A program made the translations under genes and the position numbers. A DNA stretch of 48,070 nucleotides from a virus. Its lineage: Duplodnaviria > Caudoviricetes. This document shows, piece after piece, positions 27,866-35,808 of the stretch (position 1 is its first letter; each line of letters opens with the position of its first letter). The notes under the pieces are model-generated. The model did not search any database. It was not told the origin of the DNA and worked only from the letters and a program-made list of their open reading frames with translations. The stretch is taken from IMG/VR virus record IMGVR_UViG_3300006129_000002, positions 1-48,070 of that record; one strand, 5' to 3'.

Positions 27866-28116
27866 CGGCCGCGCAAGCCATCCAGGCGCTTCAAACGGGC
27901 GTCGCCCTGCTGGACGCTCTCGCCCCGCTCGCCGGCGTGTCGTCGGTCAAGATCGCCGATGAGCTCGCATCTATCGGAACGGCGCTGTTGACCAGTCTGG
28001 ACAGCGCGGACGCAGCGACCGCCATCGCAACGCACGACCTGGCCGTCATTCGCGATCTTGCTGCACATTTGCAGTCACGCAACGACGCGCTTGCGCAAGA
28101 GATCGCCGCAAGCTAG
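27862..28116 (+). CDS. Small Ala/Leu-rich helical protein of the lysis cassette
   Basis: GTGA overlap with the lipoprotein stop; GGAG SD. Confidence 0.55.
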   Translation: MTAAQAIQALQTGVALLDALAPLAGVSSVKIADELASIGTALLTSLDSADAATAIATHDLAVIRDLAAHLQSRNDALAQEIAAS

Positions 28117-28157
28117 TCTTTCCGGGCTACGCGTTCGCCAGGAGCCTTGTTGACCTT

Positions 28158-28197
28158 AACGCCCTCGCATCATCGCCCCGATGCGGGGGCGTTTTGT
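28158..28197 (+). terminator. Rho-independent terminator after the lysis genes
   Basis: AACGCCCTCGCATC-loop-GATGCGGGGGCGTT followed by TTGT. Confidence 0.65.
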
Positions 28198-28198
28198 A

Positions 28199-28214
28199 TT
28201 GACGGCCCCGTCAT
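28199..28214. promoter_or_regulatory. Palindromic operator copy
   Basis: TTGACG-GCCC-CGTCAT upstream of a small-gene cluster. Confidence 0.6.
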
Positions 28215-28254
28215 TGTTGCGGCAAGGTGCGCCGGTCAACAAGAGGGCGACGAT

Positions 28255-28629
28255 ATGAAACGCATTCCGGTCACCATCAAGATCAAGGTGCGCGCCCGTC
28301 GCGCTGGCTCGCACTCGATCACTCCCGAGGTCGCCTACGTTTGGCGCGAAGGGTCACGCTTCGCCGTGGGAAAAGCACGCAAGTCGGACGACGGATATTC
28401 GGCCTGGCATATCGGCTCGGGTCTGCACGTCAATTCGGTTTTCCCGCCGCGCGGCATTCACACGCTTGCGCCGGCGCTCGAAACGTTCAAGGCGTGGGAG
28501 ACGGAAATTCCCGAAGAGGATTGGGCACCGTTCGATAAGGTCGCCTTTGGGGACTATCTTGTCCCCGGCCCGGACACGACCCGCGTCGCCAACCTGATGC
28601 GTCAGATCGCCGCGAGGGTCGCGCCATGA
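28255..28629 (+). CDS. Hypothetical protein
   Basis: ATG after GAGGG SD. Confidence 0.6.
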   Translation: MKRIPVTIKIKVRARRAGSHSITPEVAYVWREGSRFAVGKARKSDDGYSAWHIGSGLHVNSVFPPRGIHTLAPALETFKAWETEIPEEDWAPFDKVAFGDYLVPGPDTTRVANLMRQIAARVAP

Positions 28630-28919
28630 TCGAATGCGAATATTGCACCGGGTCGCGCTGGCTCGCCGACAACCCCGGCATGGGGGAATGCGCGTGCGTC
28701 AACCGCGACAATGTGGTCAAAATGACGAACGACTATGCGTGCCTCGAACACCAGATCGACGCGCAAACCAGCGAGCTCGAAGAGCTCACCACCGCCATGC
28801 AAGACGCGCTCGACGCTCTCCGCGCTTACTTCGTCTCCATCGGCTGGCCGTCTCACCCCGTCCGGATCAACGATCAGAACCTTTCGGACGCCTACACCAA
28901 ATTGGACATTTTTGAATGA
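28626..28919 (+). CDS. Hypothetical protein (CxxC...CxC N-term, coiled coil)
   Basis: ATGA-coupled ORF. Confidence 0.6.
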   Translation: MIECEYCTGSRWLADNPGMGECACVNRDNVVKMTNDYACLEHQIDAQTSELEELTTAMQDALDALRAYFVSIGWPSHPVRINDQNLSDAYTKLDIFE

Positions 28920-29203
28920 GCTTCGACCAAGCCTATTACGAACGGATGCGCCTGGCGATCATGCGGGCCATTGCGGACACCAGCGAAACCGAGATTAATG
29001 GCGAACCCGTGCGCTTCATGCAGACCGCAGAGATCGGAGCGGCATGTCTCGACGTCGCGGCATTTTTCACCAGCCAAGGGGCCAGCGTCGAAACAGAGCG
29101 CGGCTTGCGCCAGACCGTTGACGCAATGGGCAACAGGCTCAAAAGCAACATTCGGGCTTTCCGCGACAACGATACGATGATGGCGTTAGGGGGCAGGGCA
29201 TGA
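28916..29203 (+). CDS. Hypothetical protein
   Basis: ATGA-coupled ORF. Confidence 0.6.
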   Translation: MSFDQAYYERMRLAIMRAIADTSETEINGEPVRFMQTAEIGAACLDVAAFFTSQGASVETERGLRQTVDAMGNRLKSNIRAFRDNDTMMALGGRA

Positions 29204-29451
29204 AGGTAGACACGACAGCCGCGCATCGAGCGCTTATGGACGATCTCAAAACCGCGTTGGGCAAACACTCGCATTTAAGCCCGCCGGAAATGCTGGCAAT
29301 TACGGCTCAGCTAGTGGGCAACCTGATCGCTCTTCAAGACCAGACGAAACACACGTCCGAAGCCTGTATGCGTCTGGTGGAGAAGAATATCGAAATCGGC
29401 AACGCCGCCTGCATTGAAACGCTTTTGGGTAAAACGGAGGGCAAGGCATGA
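29200..29451 (+). CDS. Hypothetical protein
   Basis: ATGA-coupled ORF; EMLAITAQLVGNLIALQDQ. Confidence 0.62.
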   Translation: MKVDTTAAHRALMDDLKTALGKHSHLSPPEMLAITAQLVGNLIALQDQTKHTSEACMRLVEKNIEIGNAACIETLLGKTEGKA

Positions 29452-29615
29452 GCGCGAACATGGACGAAACCAAATTCGAGCCCGGCACGTTTGACGTGAT
29501 CCGAATGCATTCTCCGGAAATTGGGTTGCTTTCGTCTATCGCGGTGAGCCTGAAGCGCATCGCCGACGCGACCGAGCGCGAGGAAGTGACCGGCGAGCCT
29601 CACGCCGACGAATGA
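29448..29615 (+). CDS. 55-aa hypothetical protein
   Basis: GGAGG SD and ATGA overlaps at both ends; contains SIAVSLKRIADA. Confidence 0.55.
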   Translation: MSANMDETKFEPGTFDVIRMHSPEIGLLSSIAVSLKRIADATEREEVTGEPHADE

Positions 29616-31195
29616 CCTTCGATTGGCTAAATCCCGACTATGTGCCGATCTTTCAGGAACGGGCCGACCGGCTGGCCTGGCTCCGGGCCGACAAGTCGCG
29701 CGTTGACGCGCTGAAGCGCTACTACCGTGACCATCCCGCGGACTTCATCAACGATTGGGGCATGACGTTCGACCCCCGCAACCCCGAGATCGGATTGCCT
29801 GCGACGATCCCCTTTCTCTTGTTCGACAAGCAGCGGGAATGGGTCGAAGAGACGATTTACCTTTGGAAACATCGCGAACGGGGCATAAGCGAGAAGAGTC
29901 GGGATTGCGGGCTTTCCTGGCTGGCCGTCGCCACGGGCTGCACGCTCTGCCTGTTCAATGACGGGCTGAATATCGGCTACGGGTCACGCAAGGAAGAGTA
30001 TGTCGATAAGCTCGACAGCCCGAAAAGCCTCTTCTGGAAACTGCGAATGTTTCGACGCCTGTTGCCCATCGAATTCAACGGCGGTTTCGACCTGAAAGCC
30101 GACGCGCCCCATATGCGCATGAATTTCCGGGAGACGGGCAGTTACATCACGGGGGAAGCCGGCGACGGCGTGGGGCGAGGCGACCGGGCATCAATCTATT
30201 TCGTGGACGAATTTGCGTTTTTCGAGCGGCCGCAACTGGTCGAAGCGTCGCTCTCGATGACGACCAATTGCCGTATCGACATATCGTCGGTGAACGGCCG
30301 GGCCAATCCTTTCGCGGAAAACCGCCATAGCGGCAAACATCGCGTCTTTATTTTCGATTGGCGCGACGATCCCCGCAAAACCCAAGAATGGTATGACCGC
30401 CAGAAAGAGACGCTCGATCCCGTCGTGCTGGCCCAAGAGGTGGACCGGGACTATAGCGCGTCCGTCGAGGGCGTCTTGATCCCAAGCGCGTGGGTCGAAG
30501 CGGCCATCGACGCGCACGCCAAGCTAGGCATCGCGCCGGCGGGGCGCTTCGTGGGCGGCTTCGACGTGGCGGACGAGGGCCGGGATATGTGCGCCTATGC
30601 GGTGCGCCAGGGCGTTGAGCTCCTGCATCTGGACGAATGGAGCGGCAAAGGCTCCGATACGCTGGGCAGCACTCAGCGCGTCGCGGAGACGCATGAAGCG
30701 ATGGGCGTCGAGGAAACCCGGTTCGACGCGGACGGCGTGGGCGCGAGCGTGCGGAGCGACGCCAGGGTGATCAACGAACGGCGCGTCGAGACGGGCCGGG
30801 CGGGCTTGCACTTCATGCCTTACCGCGGGAGTGCGGGCGTTTATCGCCCCCGCGCGCAAGATGAGCCTGGCCGCTTCAACGAGGATTTTTTCAAGAATCG
30901 CAAGGCGCAAGACTGGTGGAATTTGCGCCGTCGGTTCCGGGCGACTTATCGCGCCGTCAACGGCGTGGCCGGGTGGGAGCCCGACGAGATAATCTCGATC
31001 AGCCCGACCCTTCCGCTTTTGTCGCGCCTCAAGGGGGAGCTCTCTCAACCGACATGGGACCGCGACACCGCGGGCCGGATCGTCATCGACAAAGTTCCCG
31101 ATGGCACGCGAAGCCCTAATCTAGCGGACGCAGTCAACATCGCATACAGTGTGGGCCGATCCCCGATGCAAATAGCGGATGACGCGTTGAAATGA
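29612..31195 (+). CDS. terL: Terminase large subunit
   Basis: EKSRDCGLSW (Walker A variant), YFVDEFAF (Walker B), nuclease GFDVADEGRD, SPNLADA. Confidence 0.93.
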   Translation: MTFDWLNPDYVPIFQERADRLAWLRADKSRVDALKRYYRDHPADFINDWGMTFDPRNPEIGLPATIPFLLFDKQREWVEETIYLWKHRERGISEKSRDCGLSWLAVATGCTLCLFNDGLNIGYGSRKEEYVDKLDSPKSLFWKLRMFRRLLPIEFNGGFDLKADAPHMRMNFRETGSYITGEAGDGVGRGDRASIYFVDEFAFFERPQLVEASLSMTTNCRIDISSVNGRANPFAENRHSGKHRVFIFDWRDDPRKTQEWYDRQKETLDPVVLAQEVDRDYSASVEGVLIPSAWVEAAIDAHAKLGIAPAGRFVGGFDVADEGRDMCAYAVRQGVELLHLDEWSGKGSDTLGSTQRVAETHEAMGVEETRFDADGVGASVRSDARVINERRVETGRAGLHFMPYRGSAGVYRPRAQDEPGRFNEDFFKNRKAQDWWNLRRRFRATYRAVNGVAGWEPDEIISISPTLPLLSRLKGELSQPTWDRDTAGRIVIDKVPDGTRSPNLADAVNIAYSVGRSPMQIADDALK

Positions 31196-33045
31196 GAACA
31201 TGGCTTCGCAACTGGCTCATGGGCGGAACGGCCCCCGAAGCCGTGACCACGGCCCCCGCGTCCCGGCCAGCGCTTAAGGTCTCGCACGAAGCCGAAGCGC
31301 TCTCGCGCGTCCCGGAGCGAACCCTAGACGAATGGCGCTCGATCCTTGAGCCCGCCGCCCCGACGCCTGGAACCGTGCCGCCAGACTTCAGGCCGCAGCC
31401 CGTCACGGTGGCCATGGACGACATCGGCGGCCTTAACGCATGGGGCTCGGGCGCGTTCTATGACACGGGCATATCGTTCCTCGGCTATCCCTACCTCGCT
31501 GAATTGTCGCAGCGCCCGGAATATCGGCGCGCGGCGGAGGTGGTCGCGAAGGAAATGACTCGCAAGTGGATCGAATTCACGACGACCGGGGACAAGGATA
31601 AGGCGGATCGGATCGCGAAGCTCGAAGAGGGCTTCAAAGCTTTTAAGGTGCAGAAGCTCTTTCAGAAAGCCGCGGAGCTCGACGGGTATTTCGGGCGCTG
31701 TCACCTGTTCATCGACGTCGGCAACCGGGACGCCCAAGGCGAGCTCGAAACCATCCTAGTGCGCCGCAAGAGCAAAATTTCCGTCGGCTCGCTCAAGGGT
31801 CTTCGGATCGTCGAACCGCTCTGGACCTACCCGGCGACATACAACAGCAGCGATCCGCTCTCACCCGCCTACTACAAGCCCGACGCCTGGTTTGTCATGG
31901 CGAGGAAGGTCCACGTCTCGCGCTTGCTGACATTCGTGGGTCGCGAGGTTCCCGACCTGCTGAAGCCGTCCTATATGTTCGGCGGTCTGTCGCTGACGCA
32001 AATGGCCATGGACTATGTCAACAATTGGCTTCGGACGCAGCGGAGCGTGGGCGACACGATCCATAGTTTCTCGAAATCGATCCTCGCCACCAACATGGAT
32101 AGCGTCCTTTCCGGCGGATCGGCCGACAGCCTGTTCAAGCGCGCGGCCCTGTTCAACAATGCGCGCGACAACAAAGGGCTGATGCTTCTCGACAAAGAGA
32201 CAGAGGAATTCATCGACGTATCGACGCCACTCGGGACGCTCGACCATCTGCAAGCCCAAGCGCAAGAGCAAGTGTGCAGCGTGAACGGCATTCCCTTGGT
32301 GATCTATACGGGCATCACGCCCTCGGGCCTCAACGCCACCAGCGAGGGGGAATTGACCGTCTGGCATGATTGGGTCGCCGCGCAACAGGAACACCTGTTC
32401 CGGGACAATCTCGAATATATCTTGGACGTCATGCAGCTTCATTTGTTCGGCGAGGTTGATCCCGACATCGGCTTCAAATTCGTGCCGCTCGGGGAGACGG
32501 ACGAGGCGCTAGAGGCGAACGTCCGCAAGACCCAGGCTGACACCGATCAGGTCTATATCGACGCCGGCGTGATCTCCCCCGAGGAAGTGCGCGCCAGGAT
32601 CGCCAAGGACGGCGACAGCGTGTATCGAGGGCTCGACCTGTCTGTCATGCCCGAACCGCCGGATGACGGTATCGAATTAGACGATAACGGCGATCCGGCT
32701 ATGGACGGCGACGATCAGCCTCGGGATGAAGACGGCAAGTTTTCCGTCGAGCGGATGAATTCGAACACAGGCGAATTCGAGAAACACCATTTCCAACGCG
32801 GCGACTATGTGCGCGCAAGTTTTGGCGGGTCAAAACCGCATTTTGGTAAGATCACGGGGGTTTCGCACGCGAAAAAGACCTTCAATATCGGAAGCGTGTC
32901 CTATCCGCACGGGTCGGCGTATCATGCCGAAGAGCCCAAAGCTCCGCCGCGAAAGACCGAAAAACTGTCAAAGACCATTGAGCGCTCGAACGCCAAGCAC
33001 GGGGAAGGGCTGACGGATGCGGACCGCGTCCCCGAAAACTACTAG
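31192..33045 (+). CDS. Portal protein (DUF1073 family) with C-terminal extension
   Basis: FLGYPYLAELSQRPEYRR, HVSRLLTF, GITPSGLNATSEGE, GVISPEEVR; directly follows terL. Confidence 0.88.
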   Translation: MRTWLRNWLMGGTAPEAVTTAPASRPALKVSHEAEALSRVPERTLDEWRSILEPAAPTPGTVPPDFRPQPVTVAMDDIGGLNAWGSGAFYDTGISFLGYPYLAELSQRPEYRRAAEVVAKEMTRKWIEFTTTGDKDKADRIAKLEEGFKAFKVQKLFQKAAELDGYFGRCHLFIDVGNRDAQGELETILVRRKSKISVGSLKGLRIVEPLWTYPATYNSSDPLSPAYYKPDAWFVMARKVHVSRLLTFVGREVPDLLKPSYMFGGLSLTQMAMDYVNNWLRTQRSVGDTIHSFSKSILATNMDSVLSGGSADSLFKRAALFNNARDNKGLMLLDKETEEFIDVSTPLGTLDHLQAQAQEQVCSVNGIPLVIYTGITPSGLNATSEGELTVWHDWVAAQQEHLFRDNLEYILDVMQLHLFGEVDPDIGFKFVPLGETDEALEANVRKTQADTDQVYIDAGVISPEEVRARIAKDGDSVYRGLDLSVMPEPPDDGIELDDNGDPAMDGDDQPRDEDGKFSVERMNSNTGEFEKHHFQRGDYVRASFGGSKPHFGKITGVSHAKKTFNIGSVSYPHGSAYHAEEPKAPPRKTEKLSKTIERSNAKHGEGLTDADRVPENY

Positions 33046-34744
33046 TCCCGTCCGCCCCAACGTCGGGCTTCGGATCGCATATCAAAAGCGGCTCGATAAG
33101 CTGATTGCGGAGATGCACAACAGCGTGGACTATTGGCTGTCAGCAACATACCGCGCCAATCCGCCAGAAATGGCCGCTGACGCCTCTCCCGCCATGATGC
33201 TACGTGCAGCCCTGCGACGGCTCGGACGCCGCTGGCTGCGACGCTTTGACGCCCTGGCGCCGGAATTGGCGCGCTACTTCGCGACGGACGTAAGCGAGCG
33301 TTCCGATGCGGCTTTCCGGTCCTCATTGCGCCGGGCCGGCTTCACCGTGAAATTCAAGGCGACGGCCGCGCAAAACGACGCATTGCAAGCGATCATCGGC
33401 GAGAATGTCGCGCTGATCCGGTCGATCCCCCGCAACTATCTGACGCAGGTCGAAGGATCGGTCATGCGCTCCGTGCAGACGGGCCGCGACCTTGGGACGT
33501 TGACGAAAGAGCTCCAGGGCCATTACGGGGTCACGAAGCGCCGGGCCGCTTTCATCGCGCGCGACCAGAACAACAAGGCGACGGCGGTCCTCACGCGCAC
33601 GCGGCAACAGGAGCTTGGAATCACCAAGGCCAAATGGTTGCACAGTGCGGGCGGCAAAACGCCCCGGCCGGAACACGTAGCTTTCTCGGGGAAAACCTAC
33701 GACGTCGCGACCGGGGCGTATCTAGAGGGCAAATGGACATGGCCCGGCGTCGAAATCAATTGCTTTCCGCCGGAAACCCTTGTGACGCTAAAAGATTTGC
33801 CCCGGAAAATCTGGAAAACGCCTTTCGATGGAAAAATGATCGACGTTGACCTTGGCGGCTGTTCGATCAAGGGAACATTGAATCACCCAATACTCACCGC
33901 GCGGGGGTGGGTCGCTATGGGCGAGCTTGATTGCGGCGATCAAGTCGTTTGCGTGGCGCAACAAGGTGGGGACGTGATTGGCCACAACGAAAACCAAAGA
34001 ATAACCACATTTGGCGAGCTTTTCGTAACGTGCGCGAGTGTGTTTGGAGATGTTCGCAGAGACGCGAGCCGATTTAACTTCTATGGCGAGCGGCCACAAA
34101 ACCACGTCGATGAAGTAATTATTATCGACGATGACTTGCGTATCGATGGGCAAACCTCCGCCGCGCAAAATCTCCGCAACTTCATGTTCGGCAAAACCGA
34201 CCCCGTGGTAATCGACGCCTTTGAGGGCCGCTTCGGCCATGTTTCGAACGCGCCGACGACGCGCGGGGGCTACGATCTTTCGCCTTTCGTCGTCGCTGGC
34301 ACGCGCAAACCGATGGACGTTTCCGCCGCTGCGATCACGCATGACGCCGCGACGGATGAGAACATTGCGAATGCTGGACGCAGCATGTCGCGGAAAGCCC
34401 AAGGCGGCGGCAATAGCTGTCGTCCCCAAGCCTTCCGCATACATCTGCACGATGGCGTCGCCAAGTTCGTCCCAATTGGTCCGCCGCTCGATGGCGACGT
34501 TTTGCGCTTTGAGCTTTTTGCTCAATTCGTCCACATTGCAGCCAACAGCGGTTGCCGCGTCCTGGAGTTTGACGCCGTCCGCTATCAATTTCGCAGCGTG
34601 GTCAATAAGGTCATCTCGGATTATTCGGGGCATGTTTTCACCATGGAAACGCAAGACGGATACTATACCGTAGGCGATGCGTTTGCACAGGCTAAAAATT
34701 GCCGATGCGTGTCCGTTCCGATCATTCCGGGCTTCGAAGAGTAG
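33017..34744 (+). CDS. Head morphogenesis protein (MuF/SPP1 gp7-like) containing an intein
   Basis: RAAFIARDQNNK, KWLHS, PRPEH. Removing the insert restores WPGVEIN-CRCVSVP. Confidence 0.9.
   Translation: MRTASPKTTSPVRPNVGLRIAYQKRLDKLIAEMHNSVDYWLSATYRANPPEMAADASPAMMLRAALRRLGRRWLRRFDALAPELARYFATDVSERSDAAFRSSLRRAGFTVKFKATAAQNDALQAIIGENVALIRSIPRNYLTQVEGSVMRSVQTGRDLGTLTKELQGHYGVTKRRAAFIARDQNNKATAVLTRTRQQELGITKAKWLHSAGGKTPRPEHVAFSGKTYDVATGAYLEGKWTWPGVEINCFPPETLVTLKDLPRKIWKTPFDGKMIDVDLGGCSIKGTLNHPILTARGWVAMGELDCGDQVVCVAQQGGDVIGHNENQRITTFGELFVTCASVFGDVRRDASRFNFYGERPQNHVDEVIIIDDDLRIDGQTSAAQNLRNFMFGKTDPVVIDAFEGRFGHVSNAPTTRGGYDLSPFVVAGTRKPMDVSAAAITHDAATDENIANAGRSMSRKAQGGGNSCRPQAFRIHLHDGVAKFVPIGPPLDGDVLRFELFAQFVHIAANSGCRVLEFDAVRYQFRSVVNKVISDYSGHVFTMETQDGYYTVGDAFAQAKNCRCVSVPIIPGFEE
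33761..34699 (+). mobile_element. Intein (313 aa) in MuF
   Basis: Block A CFPPETLV, block B GTLNHPILTARGW..GEL..GD.V, block F YSGHVFTMET..GYY, terminal KN followed by +1 Cys. Confidence 0.9.
33788..34633 (-). CDS. Antisense HTH + Vsr/DUF559-like PD-(D/E)xK endonuclease nested in the intein (candidate homing endonuclease)
   Basis: Two HTH-like segments (LQDAATAVGCNVDELSKKLK; YAEGLGTTAIAAALG), then E..VAEIL...TQ..VDNNYFIDVVL..LAIEVK...RYEKLAKCGY. GGTGA SD before ATG 34633 (alternative ATG 34654). Confidence 0.8.
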   Translation of the reverse strand: MPRIIRDDLIDHAAKLIADGVKLQDAATAVGCNVDELSKKLKAQNVAIERRTNWDELGDAIVQMYAEGLGTTAIAAALGFPRHAASSIRNVLIRRGVMRDRSGGNVHRFARASDDERRKIVAPARRRRVRNMAEAALKGVDYHGVGFAEHEVAEILRGGGLPIDTQVIVDNNYFIDVVLWPLAIEVKSARVSANISKHTRARYEKLAKCGYSLVFVVANHVPTLLRHANDLIAAIKLAHSDPPPRGEYWVIQCSLDRTAAKVNVDHFSIERRFPDFPGQIF

Positions 34745-34931
34745 CTAGGAAGTCGCGCCGCGGATCGGGCTCCATGTTGAGAATGGCCCGGATCGCCACG
34801 GCGGCCGGCGGGCTTGGGCCTTTGCTGGCGAAGGTCCGCCCCGTGCGCTCACTGACGCCAAGGACGCGAGCCGCGCCGACAATGGACAGATCGAGGGCGG
34901 CCAGGTGCGCCCGATACTCCGCGCCGGTCAT
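34722..34931 (-). CDS. Small HTH DNA-binding protein
   Basis: MTGAEYRAHLAALDLSIVGAARVLGVSERTGR. Confidence 0.7.
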   Translation of the reverse strand: MTGAEYRAHLAALDLSIVGAARVLGVSERTGRTFASKGPSPPAAVAIRAILNMEPDPRRDFLATLRSPE

Positions 34932-35236
34932 TGGGTCGCCTTTTCAATTACGCGCCGGGCGTCATAAACGCGCCGGATCGCGTCGGCGTGCGATTCGCAC
35001 CGGATGACGATATTCGGCCCGTCGTAATACAGATCGTCGGCCACCAGCATGGACAGAGCGGCCAGCAACGCCCCGGACCAATTGGGCGCGGCCTTCGGCT
35101 TCGGATCGACCAGCGCCGCGCGGGCTTCAAGACGTCGAAGCCCGTAATTGTTGAGCGTGTCGGGGTTTTTGCGCGCCGAAGCTTCCGCCGCCGCCAAAAG
35201 CCACGTTTCGAGAATTTGAAATTGTTCGTCGGTCAT
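34928..35236 (-). CDS. Hypothetical protein
   Basis: ATG 35236 after GGAGGGG SD; ATGA-coupled to the HTH gene. Confidence 0.6.
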   Translation of the reverse strand: MTDEQFQILETWLLAAAEASARKNPDTLNNYGLRRLEARAALVDPKPKAAPNWSGALLAALSMLVADDLYYDGPNIVIRCESHADAIRRVYDARRVIEKATQ

Positions 35237-35266
35237 TTGCGCCCCTCCGCCCGAAGCCTCCGTTTG

Positions 35267-35306
35267 TTGACCGTGCAGTAATTGCACGGATTGACGGGAC
35301 GGTCAA
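35267..35306. promoter_or_regulatory. Operator pair upstream of the inverted two-gene cassette
   Basis: TTGACG-GGAC-GGTCAA (35291-35306) and a degenerate TTGACC-GTGC-AGTAAT (35267-35282). Confidence 0.55.
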
Positions 35307-35346
35307 GCACGAATAACGATGCACTTCCCCTCGGAGACGCGCCACC

Positions 35347-35709
35347 GTGACCATCGCCCTCGCCGCTCTGGCTATCGTGCTGCTTCTCATAATCAACCGG
35401 AGAATTTACCGCATGTCGCTCGACATTGATCGCCTGTCCGCCAGCGTTGCAGCGCTCACCACCGCCGCTGATTCGCTGATCGCCCTTCTCGTTTCTACCG
35501 TGGCCGAATTGAAATCCGCCGCTTCGAACAGCGCCGATCCGGACATTCAAATTCAACTGAACGCGCTCGCCGACAAGGCGGACGCCGAAACCGCCAAGAT
35601 CGCCGCCGCCCTGGCCGAAACGCAACCCGCGGCCACTCCCGCGCCCGACCCGGCTCCATTCGAGCCGTCACCGGCCCCGGAGCTCACCACCGAAACGCCT
35701 GTCGCCTAA
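35347..35709 (+). CDS. Hypothetical coiled-coil protein (possible N-terminal TM; alternative start ATG 35413)
   Basis: GGAG SD before GTG; Ala-rich heptads and a Pro-rich tail. Confidence 0.55.
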   Translation: MTIALAALAIVLLLIINRRIYRMSLDIDRLSASVAALTTAADSLIALLVSTVAELKSAASNSADPDIQIQLNALADKADAETAKIAAALAETQPAATPAPDPAPFEPSPAPELTTETPVA

Positions 35710-35737
35710 ATTCTGCCTGTCCTCCCCGGACGCACTT

Positions 35738-35770
35738 GCGCCCCGCACTCGTTGCGGGGCGTTTCTTTTT
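35738..35770 (+). terminator. Rho-independent terminator
   Basis: GCGCCCCGCA-ctcgt-TGCGGGGCGT followed by TTCTTTTT. Confidence 0.8.
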
Positions 35771-35808
35771 GGGCTACCCTCTGGCCGAACGTTGGCAAGG
35801 GTCACGCA

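Noticed and set aside
31192-33045. Anti-CBASS Acb1 call (DUF1073 is often labelled so)
   Set aside because: No pair of HxT 2H-phosphoesterase motifs in the extension; position and motifs indicate a portal.
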